Source: Octopus sinensis
Lineage: Eukaryota
Direction of reading: 5' to 3'
Assembly (NCBI RefSeq): GCF_006345805.1
Contig: NW_021828242.1
Location: forward strand, 1 to 8,911
DNA length: 8,911 bases
Shown here in pieces: positions 1-7,447 of this stretch (positions are counted from its first letter, which is position 1; every line of letters begins with the position of its first letter). The notes under the pieces are model-generated. The model had not been told where the DNA came from and did not search any database. It saw only the letters and a list, made by a program, of their open reading frames with translations. The position numbers were made by a program, and so were the translations under genes.

Positions 1-651
1 ACTTTGATCCCAATGCACAACTGCAAACCCTTCAAAAACTACGGTCACCCACACCACTAGGACAAGTGCCTTCTCCCTGTTGCCTTCCTTCAATCTACAG
101 GCCCGTCCACTTGAACCGTGCTCTTCACCCTCATCTTACTGTTCAACGAATTTCCCTCTTCCCTCTTCACTTTCCTTTCCGAGAAAAAAGATTTGATGTG
201 GACTTTGCCAAAGTGGAAAGGCCTCTTTTTATCCCTTTCAGTCTGGTCCAACAAGCATCCTCTTTTCCTATGGCCACCGGATAGATCAACACTGCCTGTG
301 AGGACAGAACGATTTTCAGAAGGACTCAGTTGGGAGCTGGGTTCGTCCTACACGCGACTGCGGCTCTTCGCCATAAATCCACAAGTCATAATAAAAACAA
401 TCATAACGGTTTTTTTTTTAAATCAACCGCTACGCGTTTGCACAAAGAGCAAGGACGGTGTAGGAAGATACAATAGGATGACATGATGTGGCGCTACTTG
501 AAGCCGTGTACAAAATTTACAATTAAAAAAAACAACAGAGAAAAAAATTTGAAACAAGGAACTTTACCCAAAGATAGAAGACTTCTGAGTGATGGTCGTG
601 AAAACACCACAAAACCACGGTCACCTTAACTACTAGTTATAATTATGTTGA

Positions 652-810
652 TTATTTCAGACTTTAGCACAAGGTTAGCAATTCTCGAGAGGAAGAGGAT
701 TTATCGATCATATCGTCCCCAAGTATTTGACTGGTATATTATTTTATCGACCCCCCGAAAGGGAAGATATGACGTAAAGTTGACCTTGGCGTAATTTGTG
801 CTCTGAATAT
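652..810 (-). mobile_element. Family A tRNA-derived SINE, 5'-truncated and diverged, minus strand
   Basis: The reverse complement reads ttcagagcacaaattacgccaaggtcaactttacg...ctttcggggggtcgataaaataatataccagtcaaatacttggggacgatatgatcga...gaattgctaaccttgtgctaaagtctgaaa. This is colinear with the plus-strand copies at 6848-6986 and 7047-7260. Homology stops at a degenerate B box, and the A-box region is absent. Confidence 0.85.
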
Positions 811-825
811 GAAGATAGAAAATAA

Positions 826-882
826 TAGATAGAAAGAGAGAGAGAAAGGAAGAGAGAAGGAGACACACAGACAGACATATAT

Positions 883-930
<48 letters not shown>

Positions 931-1029
931 GTATGTATGTAGAGAGAGAGAGAGAGAGAGATGAGAGAGAATGAGAGAAAAGAGACAGACAGGTAGATAG
1001 ATAGACAGACAGGTTAGATAGATAGATAG

Positions 1030-1060
<31 letters not shown>

Positions 1061-1098
1061 CAGACAGATAGGCAAACGGATAGGTAGACAAACAGACT
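826..1098. repeat. Compound microsatellite: (AG)n, (AT)n at ~877-930, (AG)n, (AGAT/AGAC)n
   Basis: Read directly from the sequence. It accounts for the 701..1075 minus-strand ORF. Confidence 0.95.
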
Positions 1099-1483
1099 GA
1101 TAATGTCAAATATTTTAAATTTTTATTAATTATTTTTTTTCCTCAACTTTAATTTCATTAATTAAATTAACACCAATAAATAAATAAATGAAATAACACA
1201 AAATGATAAAAAAAACACCAACAAGATGGCATCAAGATCCGGAAAACGGAGAACACCAATTACAATAGAATAAAAACACCAATACAGAAGCGTTAACCGA
1301 GAATATTGGCAGGAAATCATTCTCTGGGTGTTTCAACGAAAATACAAAATGCAAGTTTAACTGAGAGGGGAATTAAAATATAATAAATTCAAAGAATTTC
1401 GTGGACTTTCACTAGATTTAGCGGTTCTTCATTAACTCTTATTGTGTTTCATAGGGTAGGGGACTTCCTACTGTATTCATTAT

Positions 1484-2010
1484 TGGTGTTGTCGTTGTTA
1501 TAATTGTTGTTGTGGTTGTTGTTTTGTGGCTGTTGTTGTTGTTGTTGTTGGTGGTGGTGGTGTCGTTAATTACGTGGTTATTGTCATTGCACTTGCTGTA
1601 GTAACTGTTGTTGTTGCGAATGCTGTTGTTATTGTTCAGATTGTTATTCTTGTTGCTGTTGTTAATGTTGTAGTTGTTTCTGTTGTTTTTGCTCGTCGTT
1701 GTTGTTGCTATTGTTACACTCACCGTCGTCGTTGTTGTTATTATTATTTTTTTTTTGTATTATCATCGTTACTATAGATGTTATTGTTGCTTGCTGCTGT
1801 TGCTATTGTTTGTTGTTGTTGTTGTTATTGTTTTGGTTATTGCTGTTGCTAATTTTCGTAACTATCTTTATTGCTATTGTTGCTATCTTTTGTTGCTATT
1901 GTTGCAACCATCATTGTAGCTGCTTCTGTTGTTCTTATTGATGTTGAAGTCGTTGTCGCTATTTTTAATTTAAACCATCATCATTGTTATTGTTGTTGTT
2001 GTGGTGGTGT
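1484..2010. repeat. Long degenerate trinucleotide tract, (GTT/ATT/GCT/GGT)n
   Basis: About 530 bp of imperfect NTT/GNT triplets. It produces the poly-V/L/N/T ORFs at 1439-1941. Confidence 0.9.
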
Positions 2011-2141
2011 TTTTTTTCGTTTTAAACTAAAATCATTGCTAACATAATTAGGCCCTTCCGTTGCCATTTCTTTCGTACTTTCTCTTTCTATTTTCCTATC
2101 CTTTGTCATGGAGGCTGAGAAAAAGGCTATACTTTAATGCC

Positions 2142-2142
<1 letters not shown>

Positions 2143-2196
<54 letters not shown>

Positions 2197-2203
2197 TAAT
2201 AAC

Positions 2204-2250
<47 letters not shown>
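2143..2250. repeat. (TAA)n microsatellite, ~36 units
   Basis: Near-perfect array with two point interruptions near 2191-2210. Confidence 0.97.
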
Positions 2251-2251
<1 letters not shown>

Positions 2252-2348
2252 GAGTTGTGAACTTTTCAGTTCACTTATAAACAACTTAATTACTTTGACC
2301 ATCTCAAAAGTTCATATCACTATCAAATAAATTAAAACGCGCGCGCCA

Positions 2349-2350
2349 AC

Positions 2351-2381
<31 letters not shown>
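2349..2381. repeat. (CA)n microsatellite
   Basis: Read directly; preceded by a short CG-alternating run. Confidence 0.9.
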
Positions 2382-3110
2382 TGTAAAGCAATATTTCTTT
2401 CTTTCTTTATTATTTTTTGTTTTTGAAACAGCTCCAGGCTATCTTCACTGGTTTTCGAATGAATCATGGCGGATTGAAAAAAATAATAATGTGTCTTTTT
2501 GCTTTTTTTTTTAATTTTGCGAAAAAGAAAATGCATTCAACAAAAATACCATAGCAGTAACCCATTCAAATGTACCCACATATTGATCTATCGATCTATT
2601 GTCCCACGGAGTAGCAAAAAAACAAAATAACAAAGAAACATTGGAAACAAACAATATAAACGAGATGAAATAAAAGTGGAAAAAGGTTGAGAAAATATTA
2701 CACTAATATAACACCAATAATACTGATATAGCGAGATTGTGTTGAAATAAATTTGTCGTATATACCTCGGGGCATTTTACAATCAAAACACACACCTCAG
2801 CACGTCTTTATTTGGATTCTGACAGCCAGTATTATTGTCAACTGTTCATGGAATCTTTCTATTATTAGACACGGTGCATCAGAAAAACCTACGAAGCGGC
2901 ATTTTATAAGGAATGGGAATCTGGAAATCGGTGGGGGTGGGGGCAGGTTTACTGCACCCTGTATTAAGTAAATCTTGTAGAAATATTTTTTTTTATTTCT
3001 ATCCCCCTCGGGTCAGTAATCAAAGGACGTATAGTTTAATTTCTAAAAAAGATAACATTCGAAACAAGCTTTCATTACACTATTGTTCATTCTGTATAAC
3101 GTGTATAATT

Positions 3111-3134
3111 TTATTATTATCATCATCATCATCA

Positions 3135-3172
<38 letters not shown>
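3111..3172. repeat. (ATT)/(ATC)n microsatellite
   Basis: Read directly. Confidence 0.95.
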
Positions 3173-3254
3173 GTTCCATTATTGGGGAATTTTGTTGTTA
3201 GTTTTTTAACTGTTTTTGTTTTTTTCATAGCTGACAGTTTTCTGTTTTAAACTT

Positions 3255-3369
3255 CACTTGACCTTTGTTTTATAATTGTCCCTATATGTTTTTATGTTCA
3301 GCCCTTGTGACTAATAAAGGAAGGATCATTATTATTATCATTATCATTATTATTATTATTATCATTATT
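3255..3369 (+). mobile_element. Possible 3' end of a retroposon: AATAAA followed by an (ATT/ATC)n tail
   Basis: ttcagcccttgtgactAATAAAggaaggatcattattatt, with AATAAA at 3313-3318 and the tail at 3325-3369. It also loosely resembles the family A 3' end (cagaccttgtgcc at 6563-6575). The family is not resolved. Confidence 0.35.
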
Positions 3370-3471
3370 CAGTGGGGTTTTTTTATAGCGTGCTTTCACT
3401 TCACTACCGAGCGCAACTATGTGTGCCTTGGGTATGTGCTGTGTTTTGTTGTGATGCTCTGATGGTTACTG

Positions 3472-3664
3472 TATTATTATTATTATTATTATTATATTTA
3501 TTAATATTATATTTTATGTCTGTCTTTGTATTGTGCCTCACATCCGTCACTCTGATAACAAATAAATCATCTCTATCATTATTATTGCTGTTGATGTTGT
3601 TGTTGTTGTCATTGTAACTGCTACGCTTCTTGATATCAATATTATTATTATTATTATTATTATT
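3472..3664. repeat. Cluster of short (ATT)n/(GTT)n tracts (3472-3511, ~3578-3613, 3640-3664)
   Basis: Read directly. The last tract abuts the left arm of the inverted repeat. Confidence 0.85.
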
Positions 3665-4062
3665 GAATGAGAGAGCAGCAACGTCACGCTGGGGTAGAAC
3701 TATACGGAGCCCAATACACCCATCATGACTACTCGTCTGATAAGGGTACACCAGGCACATGCATCACAACCATATGCGCGCAACATGGTGAGCTCATATC
3801 AAGGTAAACAGCACATGACCTGACAGGCGGGGTCCAGTTAAAATTTACTTCTAGTCGAATAGCCCACCCCGCTCGAAACGTCTGTGAATAAGGTTTGTTT
3901 CAGGATGATGAACAAGACTACCACGTTTACAGGAGTTTAATAATTCAAGCCCCAAAGAATCCCTCTCAACAAATGGCTGTGATGCTCCATAGAGACACAC
4001 ATATCGTCAGCTACTAAGGGACACGCTCGACTGGGTAAGGCCAAGCACTTGACAAGCAAATC
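3665..4062 (-). mobile_element. Unclassified interspersed repeat (family B), left copy, inverted relative to the right copy
   Basis: Reverse-complement match to 4229-4647. For example, 3721-3760 vs rc(4553-4592) matches at 37/40, and overall identity is roughly 80% by hand. It lacks a ~22 bp segment present in the right copy and is bounded by (ATT)n at 3640-3664. The strand is assigned only by assuming (AAT)n is the 3' tail. Confidence 0.85.
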
Positions 4063-4097
4063 CACCCCATTTTCCTTTACAAGTGGAACTTAAAAAG

Positions 4098-4647
4098 CTG
4101 ATGAGAGCCTCATACCAGACAGTGGCTCTCATGGCTTCTGATCTTCACTGAGTGGAAGTGTTATCATGTACATTGTTTTGTCTTGGTATAAAAGATGGGC
4201 TACAGCAAATATTCTGCTCAATACCACAGATTTGCTTGTCAGTTGTTTGACCGTAACCAGTTGAGCATGTCCCTTAGTGGCTGACAGTATGTGCATCTCT
4301 GATCAAGAGCAGAAGTAGTGGGGGAGCATCATAGCCATGTGTTAACAGGAATTCTTTGGGGTTTGAATAATTCACCTCTGGAAACATGGGTGTTTCGTTC
4401 AACATCCTTAAACAACCCTTATTCAAGGACCTTTTGAGCGGGATGGATTACTCGACCAGAAGAAAATTCTAACTGGGTCCTACCTGCAAGGTCATGTGCT
4501 GTTTATCTTGATATGAGATCACCATGTCGCGCGCACATATAGTTGTGATTTTATGTGCCTAGTGTACCCTTATCAGAGGGGTAGTCATGATGGGTATACT
4601 GGGCTTCGTATATTTTACCCCAGTGTCACTTTGATGGCATGCAATGC
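4098..4647 (+). mobile_element. Unclassified interspersed repeat (family B), right copy, longer, ending in (AAT)n
   Basis: 4229-4647 mirrors 3665-4062 and ends ...ctctcactc followed by (AAT)n. Assigning 4098-4228 to the same element relies on my recollection of a common octopus repeat, so the left boundary is uncertain. Confidence 0.8.
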
Positions 4648-4670
4648 CCTCTCACTCAATAATAATAATG

Positions 4671-4736
<66 letters not shown>
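4648..4736. repeat. (AAT)n microsatellite, ~29 units, probable tail of the family B right copy
   Basis: Read directly; one ATG interruption. Confidence 0.97.
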
Positions 4737-5018
4737 GGCGTAGGAAGTGGCTATGTGGTAAGTAGCATGCTTAGCAACAATATGGTTCCGGGTTCAGTCC
4801 CACTGCGTGGCATCTTGGGCAAGTGTCTTCTACTATAACCTCGGGCCGACCAAAGTTTTGTGAGTGGCTTTGGTAGACGGAAACTAAAAGAAGCCCGTCA
4901 TAAATGTGTGTGTATGTGTGTGTGTGTGTATGTTTGTGTGTCTGAGTTTGTCTCCCTAGCATTGCTTGACAACCGATGCTGGTGTGTTTATGTCCCCGTC
5001 ATCTAGCAGTTCGGCAAA
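4737..5018 (+). mobile_element. tRNA-derived SINE with a CORE-like central segment, apparently 3'-truncated
   Basis: A-box-like TGGCTATGTGG at 4748-4758 and B-box-like GGGTTCAGTCCC at 4790-4801. CATCTTGGGCAAGTGTCTT at 4811-4829 resembles the MIR/CORE motif GACCTTGGGCAAGTCACTT. There is an internal (TG)n at ~4905-4942. Octopus OR-type SINEs are known as CORE-SINEs, but identity to a named family is unverified. Confidence 0.8.
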
Positions 5019-5183
5019 CATACGATCAAAGGCTTTCCGAACGAGCTCACTCCATATGATATTCAAACAGTGGATCTGGGACTATATTAACAATATCTCT
5101 CTTCCACCATTTTGTTTTATGAACGGCAAACGTAATTTATAAGAGATTTAGCTGCTATTTCTAGGAAGTCCAGTGATAATATA
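5019..5183 (-). mobile_element. Unclassified ~230 bp repeat (family C), copy 1, tail end missing
   Basis: Shares ordered blocks with copy 2: gatcaaaggctttcc (5024) vs gatcaaaagcgttcc (5257); gggactatattaacaatat (5078) vs tgaactatatcatccaatgc (5328); gtaatttataagagatttagctgctatttcta (5132) vs gtaatttgtagagacttaactgttatttctg (5384). Confidence 0.7.
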
Positions 5184-5209
5184 AAAACTACTTTCAGCTG
5201 ATATCATTG

Positions 5210-5447
5210 GTTGTTTTTGTTTTCAGTCCTAGGTCAGTTTTGACTGTGTAATCCTAGATCAAAAGCGTTCCAACTAGGACTATCCATTCACTCTGACTAT
5301 TTTACGTTTTACTGACATGGTATCTCCTGAACTATATCATCCAATGCGCTCTTTCTTTCTTTCTTTTCAGAAGAAGGTAATGTGTAATTTGTAGAGACTT
5401 AACTGTTATTTCTGACAAATCATGCAACCACATAGGATCCCCTTGTT
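5210..5447 (-). mobile_element. Family C repeat, copy 2, near full length
   Basis: Same ordered blocks as copies 1 and 3. It begins on the plus strand after a GTT-like run (gttgtttttgttttcagtcctaggtcag). The strand is inferred from an (AAC)n-type tail. Confidence 0.7.
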
Positions 5448-5475
5448 AACTCAAGTACTTGCAGCTTTAGTTATG

Positions 5476-5663
5476 GTTGTTGCTGCTGCTGTTGTTGTTG
5501 TTGTTTAGCCGAAGATTAATCCTTATCCAGATGACCCATATCGAAATGATTTTCCTGTCGTTACCATACTGTCTTAATTTCTGTTTCATGAAGAGTTTAT
5601 CAAGGACTACATTCAATATGTTATTCTTGCTTTAAAAGACGACAATTTGTGATTTAATAGAAA

Positions 5664-5702
<39 letters not shown>

Positions 5703-5850
5703 CAGGCAGACAGACAGACTGGACACACACGCACACACAGAAAAAGAGAAAAGCGGCAAGAGATACAGAGATACGGAGAGACAGACAGACAGAGAGAGGT
5801 TTGACTGTTAATTGTTGCAAAGAGAAAAATCATCTAGACGATCTTTCGTT
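5476..5850 (-). mobile_element. Family C repeat, copy 3, with (GTT)n tail and an internal microsatellite
   Basis: (GTT/GCT)n at 5476-5504, then tttagccgaag (compare ttcagtcctagg in copy 2), aggactacattcaatatg (5603) and gtgattt (5649). Homology resumes after the microsatellite at gaggtttgactgttaattgttgc (5796-5818) and ends at tcgtt (5850). This copy is highly diverged. Confidence 0.6.
5662..5797. repeat. Compound (AG)n/(AGAC)n/(AC)n microsatellite
   Basis: Read directly; lies inside family C copy 3. Confidence 0.9.
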
Positions 5851-5853
5851 TGG

Positions 5854-5912
<59 letters not shown>

Positions 5913-5941
5913 ACTCTTCTTCTTCTTCTTCTTCTTCTTCC
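5854..5941. repeat. (CT)n followed by (CTT)n
   Basis: Read directly. Confidence 0.95.
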
Positions 5942-6194
5942 TATAATCTCCTCTTTCGTTCTCTGTCTTCTCATAACGAGAATGCTTGTAAGGGAATATA
6001 ATATGCGATTAATCACAATATAAGTCCAATTAATAACGGGAAGAATATTTGTTTATAAAAGAAAGAACAAAAGCAGATAATGAGATGTGAGAGGAGGGGG
6101 AGAAACAAGCCGCGTAAAAGGATTACGTTTTGAGAGGGTTATCAGATAAGAAGGTCCGTAAATGACTACTATATTCCATACGAATGTTGAGATT

Positions 6195-6213
6195 ATACAT
6201 ACATATGTAGTAC

Positions 6214-6244
<31 letters not shown>

Positions 6245-6245
6245 C

Positions 6246-6276
<31 letters not shown>

Positions 6277-6296
6277 CACATACATACATACATACA

Positions 6297-6328
<32 letters not shown>

Positions 6329-6383
6329 CACATACGCGCACGTACATACATACGTACATACATAAATACATACATACATACAT
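6195..6383. repeat. (TACA)n tetranucleotide array, ~45 units
   Basis: Read directly. It explains the MYVC/HTYI ORFs. Confidence 0.97.
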
Positions 6384-6503
6384 ATTTTATCTCTATCTAC
6401 ATTATATCACGGGTATTTGAAAAGCTGAAGGGAGTGAAAGCACTTACACAAATATTTCTTCCATCAGGCCTATGTTAATCTGCTTTTTTAAAAAAAATTA
6501 TGC

Positions 6504-6590
6504 AATTACCAGTCGATTACTGGAGCTGATGGTATTAACAATCTTTCTTCCCCATAAGATATCAGACCTTGTGCCTTTATCAATATCAAT
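6504..6590 (+). mobile_element. Family A SINE, degenerate 3' fragment
   Basis: aattaccagtcgattactgg (6504) resembles aagtaccagtcgaactctgg (6907), and tcagaccttgtgcc (6562) resembles ctggccttgtggc (6964). Confidence 0.55.
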
Positions 6591-6595
6591 TATTA

Positions 6596-6798
6596 CGTAA
6601 GATAGAATCGTTAACATGCCGGAGAAAACAGCAGCGTTTCATCCGGTTCGTAACGTTTTAAGTTCAAATGCTAACGCAGCGGATTTTGCCTTACATTTCT
6701 CGGGATCGATAAATAAAGAACCAGTCAAGTACTGGAATCGATGTTATCGACTCATCCTCTCCCTGAAAATTACTGGCCTGGTGCAAAACTTGAAAAGA
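6596..6798 (+). mobile_element. Family A SINE, near full length, old and diverged
   Basis: tagaatcgttaacatgccggagaaaa resembles cagaatcgttagcgcactggacaaaa (7061). B-box-like AGTTCAAAT at 6661-6669. The 3' end is gaaaattactggcctggtgcaaaacttgaaa, followed by an (ATT/ATC)n tail at 6798-6847. Confidence 0.8.
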
Positions 6799-6847
6799 TT
6801 ATTACTATTATCATCATTATTGTTATCATTTATTATCATTACTATTA

Positions 6848-6986
6848 CTGAGTTCAAATTTCACCGAGGTCGACTTTACCTTTTGTCCTTTCAGGGTCAA
6901 TAAAATAAGTACCAGTCGAACTCTGGTGTCAATCAAATCGACTTACACCCTACTCCGAAATTGCTGGCCTTGTGGCAAATTTGAAA
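6848..6986 (+). mobile_element. Family A SINE, 5'-truncated at the B box
   Basis: Starts abruptly at ctgagttcaaatt directly after an ATT-type tract. The body aligns with 7119-7240, and an (ATC/ATT)n tail follows at 6987-7045. Confidence 0.9.
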
Positions 6987-7046
6987 TCATCATAATCATA
7001 ATCCTCATCATCATCATTATTATTATTATTATTATTATTGTTATTA

Positions 7047-7260
7047 AGGCGGCGAGCTGGCAGAATCGTTAGCGCACTGGACAAAATGCTTAGCAGCTTT
7101 TCGCCCGTGGCTACATTCTGAGTTCAAATTCCGCCGAAGTTGACTTTGCCTTTCATCCTTTCGGGGTTGTTAAATTAATTACTAGTGAAACACTGGGGTC
7201 AATGTAATCGACTACTCCCCTCCACAAAAATTTGAGGCCTTCTACTTATAACAGAAAAGA
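7047..7260 (+). mobile_element. Family A tRNA-derived SINE, full length
   Basis: 5' end aggcggcgagc, A-box-like TGGCAGAATCG at 7058-7068, B-box-like GAGTTCAAATTCC at 7120-7132. The central segment gttgactttgcctttcatcctttcgggg recalls the Meta/MESC SINE domain (from memory, unverified). A long (ATT)n tail follows. Confidence 0.92.
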
Positions 7261-7364
7261 TTATTATCATCATCATTATTATTAACTATTATTACTATTA
7301 TTATTATTATTATTATTAACTAAAATTATTATTATTATTAACTAAAATTATTATCATTATTAAC

Positions 7365-7398
<34 letters not shown>

Positions 7399-7412
7399 AA
7401 TTATTAATTATA

Positions 7413-7445
<33 letters not shown>
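7261..7445. repeat. (ATT)n SINE tail with higher-order duplications
   Basis: attaactaaaattatt occurs at 7315 and 7337 (22 bp period); ttaattataatta occurs at 7391 and 7404 (13 bp period). Confidence 0.93.

Positions 7446-7446
<1 letters not shown>

Positions 7447-7447
<1 letters not shown>

Noticed and set aside
1226-1273. Short ORF MASRSGKRRTPITIE*, resembling a pogo/Tigger or CENP-B N-terminus
   Set aside because: It stops after 15 codons, no downstream frame gives a convincing helix-turn-helix, and I see no terminal inverted repeats. A tBLASTn search against Tc1/pogo transposases would settle it.
1484-2010. The degenerate GTT/ATT tract as a membrane-protein or low-complexity exon
   Set aside because: Open frames overlap on both strands with homopolymer-like products, and I found no exon boundaries. 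It is best explained as a decaying compound microsatellite.
3665-4647. A-to-G hypermutation between the fold-back arms as a fossil editing signature
   Set aside because: By hand count, A/G differences run in both directions in similar numbers, consistent with ordinary transitions.
3404-4765. Twin ORFs starting MCLVYPYQ (3404..3760 minus and 4553..4765 plus) as duplicated small genes
   Set aside because: They are a by-product of the inverted repeat arms and run straight into (AAT)n tails.
7047-7135. tRNA genes at 7047, 7447 and 4737
   Set aside because: A/B boxes are present, but I cannot build a clean cloverleaf, and each continues into a SINE body. These are tRNA-derived SINE heads.
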